Source of the DNA: a virus
Taxonomy: Duplodnaviria; Caudoviricetes
Virus record (IMG/VR): IMGVR_UViG_3300006752_000009
Length of the DNA: 64,000 nucleotides
Strand: one strand, 5' to 3'
This document shows positions 1 to 9,867 of the stretch, one piece after another. The position numbers and the translations under genes were made by a program. The notes beneath the pieces are model-generated. The model had not been told where the DNA came from. It was given only the letters and a program-made list of their open reading frames with translations, and did not search any database. Position 1 is the first letter of the stretch. Every line of letters begins with the position of its first letter.

Positions 1-352
1 CCTTTTCAAAGACACTACTCTCTTTTGAAAAAGGGTTTTCAGCACCATAACGCTTGAGGTTAGTCTGTTTACGCTTCTCTACCGACTCTTTGTTGTGAGC
101 AGGGTTCTCAACCCCATAACGCTTGAGGTAAGTATTCTTCCTCCTCGCATTAGCGATAGCTTTTTTATCCCGACCTTGCCATACCTCACACCCACTCTTA
201 TGTCTTTTCATCTGTGTGCTTGATGTAGCTTGATGTCCACAGATACATGGTGAGATTGGTTCGGGTTTCCAATCTGGCCAACAAACCTTGCGATGCCGAC
301 CACTAATTGTTGCTGTTTTGAACACTCTTTTACAATGAGGGCAAGTAGCCAT
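1..352 (-). CDS. Partial ORF (runs off window start): Cys/His zinc-finger N-terminus followed by KRYG(V/A)ENP repeats, a repeat type usually found in phage homing-endonuclease-like proteins
   Basis: Manual translation: MATCPHCKRVF...CICGH...KNTYLKRYGVENPAHNKESVEKRKQTNLKRYGAENPFSK; AAAGGA SD upstream; explains the direct repeat ccataacgcttgaggt at 45-60 and 113-128; absent from ORF track because no stop lies in the window. Confidence 0.75.
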   Translation of the reverse strand, partial: MATCPHCKRVFKTATISGRHRKVCWPDWKPEPISPCICGHQATSSTQMKRHKSGCEVWQGRDKKAIANARRKNTYLKRYGVENPAHNKESVEKRKQTNLKRYGAENPFSKESSVFEK

Positions 353-482
353 AAGTTAATCCTTTCTGCTTGAGTTGGGATTAACTTACACCACAGCCTA
401 CATTAAGTCCAAATGTTTTTTGGGCTTTTACTAACACCAACCCCCCATACTTTCGCTGTTTGAGGGAGGTATTTGAGGGTTC

Positions 483-1448
483 TCAGATGACCCCTTGAGC
501 CACATTCAAAAAGCTCGAAATCATCTCGTAACTACCTATAAATAAAGGCAAAACCAGAAAGTTTCTGGGTGCGAGAACGCCCCGACCAACATGAGGTCCG
601 AAGGCACTCCTTATCCCCACACCATACTTGGGTTGTTTTAATCCACGCATATACTTTGTAGTTCTTGCTTTAGCTTCAACAGACATCGACCACATCTGCT
701 CGGCAGAGGATTTGAGTCCTTCATACTTGCCTGACCTGTCAATGTTAAGAGAAATACCTCCAATGGAGTAATCGAACTCATCAACAATCCAATTTGCTTG
801 TAGAGCCATAGCCGCAAACTGTATTGCACCTTGAAGAATAGGAGTTCTCCAAGCAGGTTTCTGATTTACGAGTGAATCTAGGTTTTGTAGTTCTTCGGTT
901 TCGGGTGGTTGCATATTCCACCAATCTAAAGCTCTTTCAAGATACTCTAGGAACTCCTCGTCCTCCCACACTTGACCGAAGACTCTGTTGTACGAACCAA
1001 TGTTAGCTTCATGCTCTGGTGGTCTAAAGTGATAATACTTGTCTGGATTTTGATCTCTAAGGAGCATACGCAACTTGTAGATCATAGACTTCTGACCCTC
1101 TGTAAGTTGTAGTCCAAGTACAGCGTTCTCTGCGACTACCCCAAACTCTTGAACGACAGTTTGGGGTTGGCTGTTGACTAGCTCTTTGAGAGTCCATCTG
1201 ATCCGATAGCGACCATAGGTAGCTGTGGTAGGTATACGAACAGAGGCATAGTATTCACCGACCGATGGGTTTTCGGGTATGCGAGCAGGATCACCGATGA
1301 GTACATCAGTTTCGGGTGGACCAGGATCGACATAATATAGTGCGTAAGTGATCTCAGCGGCGTTTGCGACATTTCCATTTGAGTTTGTGAGGAAGATGTC
1401 AAGATCGCCACGAGAGAGGATCTGATTTCTTTTAAATGCTACAGCCAT
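483..1448 (-). CDS. Putative virion head-tail connector/neck protein
   Basis: 321-aa ORF, SD AAGGAGG, class I promoter-like motif upstream; Ig-like N-terminus and C-terminal DYSIGGISLNIDRSGKY segment reminiscent of adaptor proteins (inference). Confidence 0.45.
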   Translation of the reverse strand: MAVAFKRNQILSRGDLDIFLTNSNGNVANAAEITYALYYVDPGPPETDVLIGDPARIPENPSVGEYYASVRIPTTATYGRYRIRWTLKELVNSQPQTVVQEFGVVAENAVLGLQLTEGQKSMIYKLRMLLRDQNPDKYYHFRPPEHEANIGSYNRVFGQVWEDEEFLEYLERALDWWNMQPPETEELQNLDSLVNQKPAWRTPILQGAIQFAAMALQANWIVDEFDYSIGGISLNIDRSGKYEGLKSSAEQMWSMSVEAKARTTKYMRGLKQPKYGVGIRSAFGPHVGRGVLAPRNFLVLPLFIGSYEMISSFLNVAQGVI

Positions 1449-1535
1449 AGTGTGAGCCTCCTTTATATAGAGTGGGGATATAAACGACTTAATACTTTTT
1501 TTATACTCATGTAGGTAAACGAAGGAGAATGACTT

Positions 1536-2915
1536 ATGAAAATACTTGTAGGAGGAGATGTCAGCTTTGGGAGAATCTATGAAGGTCAGAGGATTTCTTA
1601 TTCAGCACCTTTGTGTTTAGCTTCCATAGGTGAGTTAGAGCGAGATTATTGTATCTTTAACCTTGAGAGCCTTTTTTGCGATGATTGGAAAGCAAATAAA
1701 AGGGATGTGGATGATAAGTGGGGTACGAGTTACACTCATGCTAATCCAGAAGATGTGAAGCATCTCATTGAGTGTGATGTAGATCATGTTTCCCTAGCTA
1801 ACAACCACACACTTGATTGGGGCGATGTAGGGGTCGAACAGACCTGTAAAGTCCTCAACGAGTTTGGTATTTCACATTCGGGGTGTGGTTCTGATGATAG
1901 GACGCATATAGATAAAGAGAAGAAATTAATTGTATTTTCGATAGATACGGTTGAGTGCCACTACAAAAAAGAAGATCCATTAAACTGCAAAGAGGACATT
2001 AAAGACTTCTTTAAAGAGGTTAAAGAGTTTAGAGCAAAGTATGATGACTACCTTCTGATCTGTTGTGTTCATTGGGGTCGATTTAGGGTGAGTCCGAACA
2101 AAGGTCAGAAATCTATGGGTCGGAAGCTCATCGACTGTGGCATTGATGTTGTTTTAGGTAATCACTCACATAAGGTTCAATACTTCGAGATGTATAAGGG
2201 TAGACCTTTATTTTACTCGTTAGGGAACTTGTACTTTACTCACAGAAATCCCGAATATAATAAACTCCCAAATGTTCATTACGCTTACCTTTCAACTCTT
2301 ATCTTTGAGGGGCGAGACTTTAAGGGTGTAGATCACCATCAAACTTGGTGTGATGATAAAAAGGTGATTCTTAAAGATGAGAAGGCTTCTCATCTTGGTT
2401 TAGAAGCGTTGAGATTTGCTCGGAGCTATATTGGATTCGGTGAGTCAGAGCATACAACTAATGTTGGTTGGTTTATGAAGCACATAGACGCTCCCAATGT
2501 AGAGACAGCGGCCTGGTGTGCAAGGTTTGTATTTTTCTGTATCAAGAAAGCCTGTGAGGAGAATGGCATTGATCCTGTTTTGAAGAAGAATGAAGGAACA
2601 GGATACGCTAAAGAGATTTATAAGCAGATTGCAGAGATCGGGTATGTGTCTTTAAACCCGATGGCAGGAGACATTATTGTTTGGGATAGGAAAGAGGAAG
2701 GAAACAAGAATGGACACATTGGGATAATAGAGTATGTAGAGGGAGATAAGATCACAGTGATTGAAGGAAATAGAGCACCAAATCCTGGTTCAAAGGTTGA
2801 TCGCTTTACTTACTCTTTGAATGATCTTTTAAACTACAAAAATTGGGACACAAGCGATCCACACTTCCATCTCTTTGAAGGGTTTGCTCGGTTGCCTCAT
2901 ATAAAGGGTTTCTAG
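1536..2915 (+). CDS. CapA/PGA_cap metallophosphoesterase domain fused to C-terminal CHAP amidase/peptidase domain
   Basis: CapA motifs GGDVSFGR, NLES, SLANNHTLDWG, HWG, GNHSH, YSLGN; CHAP motifs WCARFV, GHIGII, IEGN. Confidence 0.8.
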   Translation: MKILVGGDVSFGRIYEGQRISYSAPLCLASIGELERDYCIFNLESLFCDDWKANKRDVDDKWGTSYTHANPEDVKHLIECDVDHVSLANNHTLDWGDVGVEQTCKVLNEFGISHSGCGSDDRTHIDKEKKLIVFSIDTVECHYKKEDPLNCKEDIKDFFKEVKEFRAKYDDYLLICCVHWGRFRVSPNKGQKSMGRKLIDCGIDVVLGNHSHKVQYFEMYKGRPLFYSLGNLYFTHRNPEYNKLPNVHYAYLSTLIFEGRDFKGVDHHQTWCDDKKVILKDEKASHLGLEALRFARSYIGFGESEHTTNVGWFMKHIDAPNVETAAWCARFVFFCIKKACEENGIDPVLKKNEGTGYAKEIYKQIAEIGYVSLNPMAGDIIVWDRKEEGNKNGHIGIIEYVEGDKITVIEGNRAPNPGSKVDRFTYSLNDLLNYKNWDTSDPHFHLFEGFARLPHIKGF

Positions 2916-3024
2916 TATGTGGCTTTTGCCCTTAATAATAGCTTTGACCTTTTTCTTACCTGTTCCTGTGGAAGATCCAGACGATAAAAGGGAGCGTTGG
3001 TATAACAAGTATTAAGGAGTTTAT

Positions 3025-3252
3025 ATGAGTAAAAAGCAAAAGTTTGAGAAAGTAGACCACCCCGACCATTATCAAGCAACGGGGATGGAAGCGATTGATG
3101 TGATCGAGGCTTATAACCTCAACTTTTCGCTCGGATCAGCGATTAAGTATATTTTACGAGCAGGTAAAAAGCCTGGTGAGAGTTCTATTGAGGATCTCAA
3201 TAAAGCGATTTGGTATCTTCAACGAGAGGTAGAGAGAAACGCAGAGGGATGA
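3025..3252 (+). CDS. DUF3310 family (T7 gp1.7-like nucleotide kinase-related) protein
   Basis: VDHPDHY...EAIDVI...FSLGSAIKYILRAGKK...EDLNKAIWYL. Confidence 0.8.
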   Translation: MSKKQKFEKVDHPDHYQATGMEAIDVIEAYNLNFSLGSAIKYILRAGKKPGESSIEDLNKAIWYLQREVERNAEG

Positions 3253-3286
3253 TTTCATATAAGGGGTTATTATCTGACCTCTTTTT

Positions 3287-3754
3287 ATGAAAGGACTGCT
3301 CATGTCTAATATGGAGACATCTCGTGAAGCACTTGAGTCTATTGAGCCTCAAATCACAAACATAACAGATCGGGTCTACCGACACATACTCTCTAAAGGC
3401 GAACAAGGTATTACAGACGATGAAGGATTTAGATCTTTGGGTATGAATCCAAACACATATCGCCCTTGTCGTATCAACCTTATGGATAAGGGTCTTGTCC
3501 TTAATACCAATACAAAGGGCATTACCGATTCTGGTCGTAAAGCATGGAGATGGAGGGCTGTTCCTGCATCAGAAGCTATTCCACCAAAGCGTGTTAAGAA
3601 GAGGCAAAGAAAGACGCTACCCTCAGTTGATCCTATACCTTTACCCGAAGGATATAACATCAGTCTTAGAGATGCGAGGGATCGTATGTTAGCTAAATTA
3701 AATGAGGTAGATGAGTGTCGTTGTCCATGTTGTGGAGTGAGCGTCACCAAATAA
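3287..3754 (+). CDS. Hypothetical, probable winged-helix DNA-binding protein
   Basis: 155-aa ORF; GITDDE...NTYRPCRINLMDKGLV pattern; C-terminal CPCC. Confidence 0.5.
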   Translation: MKGLLMSNMETSREALESIEPQITNITDRVYRHILSKGEQGITDDEGFRSLGMNPNTYRPCRINLMDKGLVLNTNTKGITDSGRKAWRWRAVPASEAIPPKRVKKRQRKTLPSVDPIPLPEGYNISLRDARDRMLAKLNEVDECRCPCCGVSVTK

Positions 3755-3763
3755 GGATCACAA

Positions 3764-3937
3764 ATGAACCATAAGCTCTATTGTTCTTTAGTTAGCCTCG
3801 CCTGTTTTTTCTACGCTAGGTATCTGAACTCTTTACCTAAAAAAGATCTCACAGAAGATGAGCTTAGGGGTAGGGTGAATGACATTACATTCTATTCCCT
3901 GTTTGGGGTCACTGCTTTGTTAATGAGCTACTTTTAA
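3764..3937 (+). CDS. Small hypothetical membrane protein (57 aa)
   Basis: Manual translation MNHKLYCSLVSLACFFYARYL...FYSLFGVTALLMSYF; AAGGA SD. Confidence 0.45.
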   Translation: MNHKLYCSLVSLACFFYARYLNSLPKKDLTEDELRGRVNDITFYSLFGVTALLMSYF

Positions 3938-4677
3938 GGTAGGGGTGGGATCTTGCCATGCTTCACAAAGTTAGCGTGAGCTAGGGGCCAGAGCTTTTGG
4001 ATTTGCCTAGAAATCTCACGAGCGAGTAGTTTAATCTCCCACTGAGCATCGGGATGATCTCGCTTTGCGATGAAGCTATTGATCCAGTTATGTAGAGAAC
4101 CTGTAGCCCAATAAGTGGTATAAAGGTTCTGTGGGAGAACCATACGAGCTTGATCCCTTGCTACCCCTTTTTCGACTAACTCATTGTAGAGTCGGATAGA
4201 GTCTGTAGCGTGGCTCTTGATGGCAGATACTGCATCGAGTTTGATGTGTTTAGGGAAGTCAGTTGGGTCGAACTCAACTACGGGGTTGAAAGTATCATCA
4301 AGACTAGCTTGTCGGTTCTTGGTGTCCTGCTTACGCATTTCGCTTGGGAAATAAAACTCAATGTCAGAGCTTGTGTATCTTCGAGAAATCTCATTGTAAG
4401 AGAATGTCCTGTGCCTCATCTGCTGTCTAGCTACGAACAGAGGTGCTTTGATCCAAAATGATACGACATTGTGTTCTGTGGTAGAGGTATGTCCTTCTTT
4501 GATGAGGAAGTTGCAGAGTCGTTCCTCTCGCTCTCCCATCTCAGTGCTGACTTGCCCTAGACTCGCTCTAGCACTGTTGACGATAGTAAGGTCATCGCCC
4601 ATAGCTTGAATGAGGGCTACCCCTCCGATACCATCCTCATAAATACTGACCATCTCAGATCTAAAGTCATTCGTCAT
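3934..4677 (-). CDS. thyX: FAD-dependent thymidylate synthase ThyX
   Basis: ThyX signature RHRTFSYNEISRRY; ARMVLP; HPDAQWEI. Confidence 0.95.
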   Translation of the reverse strand: MTNDFRSEMVSIYEDGIGGVALIQAMGDDLTIVNSARASLGQVSTEMGEREERLCNFLIKEGHTSTTEHNVVSFWIKAPLFVARQQMRHRTFSYNEISRRYTSSDIEFYFPSEMRKQDTKNRQASLDDTFNPVVEFDPTDFPKHIKLDAVSAIKSHATDSIRLYNELVEKGVARDQARMVLPQNLYTTYWATGSLHNWINSFIAKRDHPDAQWEIKLLAREISRQIQKLWPLAHANFVKHGKIPPLP

Positions 4678-4860
4678 AAGTCCACGATCCTTTCGCTATT
4701 TGTGGTATTCTTATCTATACCGACAGACCATAAAAAGGAAAGTGAATAATGCCTTGTTTTTATCCAGACTTAGACAAACGAAATATAGATCTTAAATGTA
4801 AAAGATGTAAGTCGCCTTTGCCTTTAAAGGGAGACTTTGCTATTTGCCAAGAGAGTGGGT

Positions 4861-5118
4861 TTACAGTTCCTTGTTTGTCTCGTTGTAATCGAACACATCA
4901 GAAGGAAACGCAGGTTGAGTCGGTTTGAGGATGCTCTTGACAGCCGACAGTCTTTTTTCATAGAGCTTCTTGAACTGAACCTTTGATAGAGGTACAGGTG
5001 TCTTCCTCTCACAATCAGTTGGAGAACATTCAATGCAAATGTTTTCTTTAAAATCTTGAACCAAGTAGTACAATCTGCAAGACGCACAACGCTCATAACC
5101 AAACATATATAACTCCAA
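4861..5118 (-). CDS. Hypothetical Cys-containing protein
   Basis: 85-aa ORF with CASC and CIEC pairs. Confidence 0.4.
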   Translation of the reverse strand: MELYMFGYERCASCRLYYLVQDFKENICIECSPTDCERKTPVPLSKVQFKKLYEKRLSAVKSILKPTQPAFPSDVFDYNETNKEL

Positions 5119-5125
5119 AGGACAA

Positions 5126-5707
5126 ATGATGCGAAGAGATGGAACAGGGAAGTGTCCTGTAAAGTGGTATATAGATGATCTAGGGAAAAAGAGGTGGGTG
5201 TGCTTTGTCCACCTTGCCCCTTACACAAAACATATTGAAACATCGGAGCAGTGTTGGTACACAAACTGTCCAGGTAGGAGCATGGTCGGATACCCTTTGA
5301 CCGACCAAGAGATTGAGGATCAAAAAGCAGAGCAAGCCCGAAAGACCATCAAAGAGGTCGAAGAGGTCATTCAGATTGATGACCTTAAGAAATCGACTAA
5401 GGAGTGTGCTAACTATGGATGCACAAACGAGGTCGCTTTAGGACGCAAGAGGTACTGTTCGGACAAATGTCGTATGCAAAAGGCTCGTGCTGACTATGAG
5501 GCACGAAACCCTAAGCGAACTCGCAAAGTGAAGACATCAGAGAAGAAGCAAACTCCGATCACTCCACCCCGACCTGTTGCACCAGAGCCGAGTAATATAT
5601 GTACCTCGATCACTTGCTCGAACGAAGTACCTAAGAACCGAAAGGCTTATTGCTCAGATCCATGTAGGAAGAGAGCATATGTGCAGAGGAAGAGAGGACT
5701 ACTTTAA
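5126..5707 (+). CDS. Cys-rich zinc-binding repeat protein
   Basis: Two CxxxxC...RKxYCSDxCR modules plus an N-terminal Cys/His cluster. Confidence 0.6.
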   Translation: MMRRDGTGKCPVKWYIDDLGKKRWVCFVHLAPYTKHIETSEQCWYTNCPGRSMVGYPLTDQEIEDQKAEQARKTIKEVEEVIQIDDLKKSTKECANYGCTNEVALGRKRYCSDKCRMQKARADYEARNPKRTRKVKTSEKKQTPITPPRPVAPEPSNICTSITCSNEVPKNRKAYCSDPCRKRAYVQRKRGLL

Positions 5708-5905
5708 CCAAGGTTTGGGTCTTTGAGACTCATCTCCCCTCTTATATGCTTTATATGCTTCTATAAAGTAAACTGAATAGATGAAGACGGTACAAGTGAT
5801 AGCAATAACTGTCATTTTAAGCTCCTTTGATGTATTTAAGGGAGCGTATATACCACTGACAGTACCCCCTAGCAAAAAAAAAGTTAGGTTTGAACTATGC
5901 TTCAT
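5699..5905 (-). CDS. Small hypothetical membrane protein
   Basis: 68-aa ORF with hydrophobic stretch, fills gap between genes. Confidence 0.35.
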   Translation of the reverse strand: MKHSSNLTFFLLGGTVSGIYAPLNTSKELKMTVIAITCTVFIYSVYFIEAYKAYKRGDESQRPKPWLK

Positions 5906-6778
5906 CTTTTAGATCCCATTACAGCTCATAAAATAGCTATTTCTTTACTAAAAAGACCTTTTCCGTACCCGAAAATCTTCGACCCACATAAGGTCTTTGG
6001 GTTAGAATTCCCAAACCGATTAGGTATTAGTGCTGGCTTCGATAAAGACGCTGTTGCTTTGAGGGGTCTAAAATCCTTTGGCTTCGGTCATGTAGAGGTC
6101 GGCACAGTGACTCTTGCTATGCAGAGAGGGCATAACCCTCAGTACATAGAGAGACAACCTAACGCTCTCGTCAACAAGCTAGGACTCCCTAATGTCGGAG
6201 TAAATCAGATGGTTCGGAACATCAAAAGATACCGACCTAAAGGATTAGTTCTTGGAGGCTCTATCGCTTATGGGGATATGGGAAATCCAAGCTATTGTCT
6301 CACCGAGATATATGAGACATTTGTCCGCTTGCGTAAGAGTGTAGATTACATCGTTCTAAATGGATCTTGCCCAAATGTAGAGACACCAGAGAACATCTAT
6401 AAATGCTTAAACCTTATAGAGCATACCGATACACCTGTTCTTGTTAAGCTCCACATCATGGAGGACAAGATGAAGTTGAAGTCCACTCTAAGTGTTCTCA
6501 AGGAGAGTGGAGTTAAGGGGGTAATCTGTAGCAACACCTTACCTACAGCCAAAGGGGGGTTGTCGGGCAAGCCTCTTACACATATAGGGCATCAGCAGTT
6601 AGAGTGGGTTAAAGAGAATAGCGACTATCCTGTGATTTCTAGTGGGGGTGTGATGACTCCTCAAGATGCTGTTGATCGTATTCGACTTGGAGCAGACTTA
6701 GTTCAAGTGTACACAGGGTTTGTGTACGGTGGGATTACCTTCCCTTATCGAGTGGCTAAGGCGATGAGGGGTTTGTAG
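5897..6778 (+). CDS. pyrD: Dihydroorotate dehydrogenase (class 2, quinone type)
   Basis: GLEFPNRLGISAGFDKDA, GFGHVEVGTVT, NGSCPNV, GGLSGKPL, SSGGV, ADLVQVYTGFVYGG. Confidence 0.92.
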   Translation: MLHLLDPITAHKIAISLLKRPFPYPKIFDPHKVFGLEFPNRLGISAGFDKDAVALRGLKSFGFGHVEVGTVTLAMQRGHNPQYIERQPNALVNKLGLPNVGVNQMVRNIKRYRPKGLVLGGSIAYGDMGNPSYCLTEIYETFVRLRKSVDYIVLNGSCPNVETPENIYKCLNLIEHTDTPVLVKLHIMEDKMKLKSTLSVLKESGVKGVICSNTLPTAKGGLSGKPLTHIGHQQLEWVKENSDYPVISSGGVMTPQDAVDRIRLGADLVQVYTGFVYGGITFPYRVAKAMRGL

Positions 6779-6898
6779 TTCGTTTATAGCCACTCATAAG
6801 TGATCTCTTTAACCCTAGACCCGAATGGAGAACCTGTAATGAGAAGATCAGCTAGTGAAATAATCAGAAATCTTGAGATGAGGGTTGCTCGCCTTGAA
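6776..6898 (+). promoter_or_regulatory. Leader cassette A: class I motif TAGTTCGTTTAT + conserved 5'UTR ATAAGTGATCTCTTTAACC...AATGGAGAA + MRRSASEIIRNLEMRVARLE codons
   Basis: Aligns with six other copies in the window. Confidence 0.85.
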
Positions 6899-7657
6899 AA
6901 GTCAGCGGCAAAGTACAATCCAAATGACACCTTTGAGATTGAGGAAGGCAAAGGATATATTCGTTTCTACCTTGGTGGAAAATTCAACACGAGAGAAATG
7001 TCTGGAGACATCAAGAGTGTTTTCTTTAAAGAATTTTATCTTTCCTTTATTGATGAGAACTCACTTCCAGAATATGGTGTGGTCGGAGAATGTCTTGAAG
7101 ATGCTTTTGATAAAACAAAGATGGTTGAAGAATTAAGTCGCACTCGTAAAGGTGAAAAAGCTATTCAAGTCAACCTCTTCAAAAAGGATGAGTTCGTCAA
7201 AAACTTTATTGAAGAGCTTGAGAGCGACATGGAAGGTCTTGAAATGTATGACCAAGAATACATTCTTGATTGGTCTGATGCGTATGAAGCAGAAAAAGCC
7301 TGCACAGATGGTGTGAAAGCACTCATGGATAAATATGGTAAATTAAGGTCAAATAGGATTGACCCTCGCACTTATCGCCTAGCTTCTACTCGTAAAGTTG
7401 CAGGACACATCCTCCTCGCAGGCACTGTAAGTGTTCGTCAGCTTAGGAGGGATCTTGAGGACACCTTCGGCATTGAGGACATCGAGGTTGAAGACGGTGT
7501 TGTTACTTTCCTTATGTCATCAATGGACAATAAAGAGGTAGAGAAACAGGTTAAATCTCTCGCTCAAAAGCATGATGTGAAGTTTGAAAAGGGAGAGTTT
7601 ACCGATGGTCTTGGGATGATCTACACCAAGCGAGCTTCACGCAGAAATCGCTATTAA
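6839..7657 (+). CDS. Leader-bearing hypothetical protein A (acidic; putative internal virion/cargo protein)
   Basis: Start reassigned to ATG 6839 (GGAG SD); begins with MRRSAS leader; internal RLAS/KVAG and C-terminal KRAS motifs. Confidence 0.75.
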   Translation: MRRSASEIIRNLEMRVARLEKSAAKYNPNDTFEIEEGKGYIRFYLGGKFNTREMSGDIKSVFFKEFYLSFIDENSLPEYGVVGECLEDAFDKTKMVEELSRTRKGEKAIQVNLFKKDEFVKNFIEELESDMEGLEMYDQEYILDWSDAYEAEKACTDGVKALMDKYGKLRSNRIDPRTYRLASTRKVAGHILLAGTVSVRQLRRDLEDTFGIEDIEVEDGVVTFLMSSMDNKEVEKQVKSLAQKHDVKFEKGEFTDGLGMIYTKRASRRNRY

Positions 7658-8031
7658 ACACCAACAGTGATCTTGAGGGTATTTGAACCCTCAACTGTCA
7701 CTTGGTGGACACGCTTCCCCCCGACCACATTTAACTGAGTAAACCCTGTGTACTCTAAGAGGCTTACGATAGAGTTTATCTGAATGTGGTCTTGCATTAT
7801 ATATGTTCCATATATACGGATCTGTAGGACATTACCCTCATATAGTGTCTCTACATCTATATTGGTTGGGGGCTGTATGACTACTCTAATCGTTAAGATG
7901 TCTTTGGTACGCTCTACACGAGCTGACTCTACTTTTGAGTAGTCAGCGTCAATACACCCGATCTGAGCGTGTGAGACCAGAGGTGTTAAGAGTAGGCTAA
8001 GTAAGATTACTTTCTTTTTTATATCTAGCAT
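7654..8031 (-). CDS. Hypothetical secreted protein
   Basis: Signal-peptide-like N-terminus MLDIKKKVILLSLLLTPLVSHA. Confidence 0.55.
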   Translation of the reverse strand: MLDIKKKVILLSLLLTPLVSHAQIGCIDADYSKVESARVERTKDILTIRVVIQPPTNIDVETLYEGNVLQIRIYGTYIMQDHIQINSIVSLLEYTGFTQLNVVGGKRVHQVTVEGSNTLKITVGV

Positions 8032-8629
8032 ATCGCTTCCTTACAGAACTCTCTGTTCGATTTAGTTTATTGGCAATGCTCTTATATGACATACCTATTA
8101 AACGACTATTATGGATGAACTTTAATTCTGTCGTTTTCCATTCTTTCTTTAGCTCTAAAGTTAGACCAAGCTCACTTGCTTTTTTTCGACAAGAGTGTGG
8201 TGATCTACCCACTACCTTAGAAATGTTATCCCAAGATAGATGGGGAGAAGGTGGGTTATGGATAGTCTTTTGAACTTGTCGGAGGAGTAGGTCTATCTCA
8301 CCTTCCGACCATAGTCTGTTCTTATGGACTCTTAAACTGACACCTAAACGAGATGCCTTTAGTCTTAAAACCGTTCTTGAGACACCTAGTTTCTTAGCTA
8401 TTGATTTGGGGCTTTGCTGACCTGCCCTACTTTTCAAGAATGTTTCCATCTCTTTTGTCCATGTCTTGTTTTGGTAGATGTTCTTCTTCTTGATCCTTAG
8501 TGTTTGTAATCGAGCCTTAACGCTCCCTACACTTCTCCCAAGCCTTTCAGCTAACTGTTCGCAGGACTCTTGATCGCACCACACCCTAAGCGTAGAGTCC
8601 TCAACATGATCCCATGTTTTTCCACCCAT
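7997..8629 (-). CDS. Myb/SANT-like HTH repeat DNA-binding protein
   Basis: Four W-anchored repeats (TWDHVED, TWTKEME, LWSEGEI, EWKTTEL) each followed by IAxxLGRSxxSV-like helices. Confidence 0.7.
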   Translation of the reverse strand: MGGKTWDHVEDSTLRVWCDQESCEQLAERLGRSVGSVKARLQTLRIKKKNIYQNKTWTKEMETFLKSRAGQQSPKSIAKKLGVSRTVLRLKASRLGVSLRVHKNRLWSEGEIDLLLRQVQKTIHNPPSPHLSWDNISKVVGRSPHSCRKKASELGLTLELKKEWKTTELKFIHNSRLIGMSYKSIANKLNRTESSVRKRYARYKKESNLT

Positions 8630-8686
8630 GTTTTTCTCCTAATCATATAATCTCGATTACTTTATATGATCAGAGGGAGATAAGAT

Positions 8687-9217
8687 ATGCACTATGCAGG
8701 GATAGGTAATAGAAAGACACCACAAGCCTGTCTTGACTTTATGATTAAGGTAGGTCGGGTATGCACTAAAAAAGACCTCACCCTACGATCTGGAGGGGCA
8801 GTCGGGGCTGACCAAGCCTTTGAGAGAGGGTGTGATCTTGAAGGTGGTAAAAAAGAAATATGGACACCTAAGAGTCAATACCTCGTAGAACATGAATGGG
8901 CGATTGAGAAAGCTAAGGCTGTGTGTTGGGAATACCCCTTACACAAGATGAAGCCTTACACACGCTCACTCATCATACGCAATATGTATCAAATCTTTGG
9001 TGATGACCCCGAAAACCTTAAGCCTGTTAAGTTTGTGGTTTTCTACTGTGAGGGCGATCCACTTATGCAAGGCAAGTTATCGGGAGGTACGAGGTACGCT
9101 GTGAGGGCGGCACATAACTACAACATCCCTCATTACAACCTACGCACCCATCAAGTACACTTTGCGAATGTGCTTAAAGCGTTCCCCGATGTTTGGGATG
9201 ACCCTAATCCTTTTTAG
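8687..9217 (+). CDS. SLOG/DprA-Smf-like nucleotide-binding protein
   Basis: YAGIGNRKTP, LRSGGAVGADQAFE, SGGTRYAV. Confidence 0.75.
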   Translation: MHYAGIGNRKTPQACLDFMIKVGRVCTKKDLTLRSGGAVGADQAFERGCDLEGGKKEIWTPKSQYLVEHEWAIEKAKAVCWEYPLHKMKPYTRSLIIRNMYQIFGDDPENLKPVKFVVFYCEGDPLMQGKLSGGTRYAVRAAHNYNIPHYNLRTHQVHFANVLKAFPDVWDDPNPF

Positions 9218-9795
9218 TAGGTGTAGTTTCCACCAGTAGGGTGAACTTCGTTGGTGTCTACATTCACCTCGTAAGTCGATGTGTATTTCCCACCCTCAGA
9301 TACGATCATCTCGACCTCAAAGGTGATTACATCACCTTCTATTCCCTTGTACTTTGTACGACCTATTTTCTGTTCACCATCCCACCACTCGTTTCTCTCT
9401 GCCCATTCACCAAGGTATTGATCAAGTAAAGCCTTTGCCTTTTGGATGGTTGCATTACGAGCTTCATTTGGGTTCGGCTGAGACTTAAGGAGTCTACGAA
9501 CCTCATCTTCAAACTTCACACCAGCAGGTAGTGGAGGCACTGCGTGGTTGTAATCACGATGTCTCTTGAAGATGATCTTACGAAGGGTACGAGCTTGTTT
9601 CTCGCTCAACGCTGTAGCAGGTTCGATACCTGTGCGTCTGTTGAGTAAAGCACCCATTTTGTCTACGAACATACGCTCAAAGTCATTAAGGGTGGTGCTG
9701 TTGTCTAGGATGATCCTCAAAAGGTGAGAGATCTTTCCTTGTCTGTCCGATGCCTTCTCATTGCGTGGAGGCCACTGTGTTGCTCTTCTTCTCAT
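9214..9795 (-). CDS. Hypothetical protein
   Basis: 193-aa ORF with AGGAG SD and class II motif upstream; starts MRRRAT. Confidence 0.6.
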   Translation of the reverse strand: MRRRATQWPPRNEKASDRQGKISHLLRIILDNSTTLNDFERMFVDKMGALLNRRTGIEPATALSEKQARTLRKIIFKRHRDYNHAVPPLPAGVKFEDEVRRLLKSQPNPNEARNATIQKAKALLDQYLGEWAERNEWWDGEQKIGRTKYKGIEGDVITFEVEMIVSEGGKYTSTYEVNVDTNEVHPTGGNYTY

Positions 9796-9818
9796 GTCAT
9801 TTCTCCTAACATGATGTC

Positions 9819-9834
9819 ATAAATAAGGGGTTAC
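9819..9834 (-). promoter_or_regulatory. Class II repeated motif GTAACCCCTTATTTAT
   Basis: One of 11 copies, each upstream of a co-oriented ORF. Confidence 0.75.
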
Positions 9835-9867
9835 ACTAGGTCGCCTATAAATAACCTATAAATCTTT

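Noticed and set aside
3256-3270. Extra class II motif copy (ATAACCCCTTATAT, minus strand)
   Set aside because: Imperfect and has no co-oriented gene downstream
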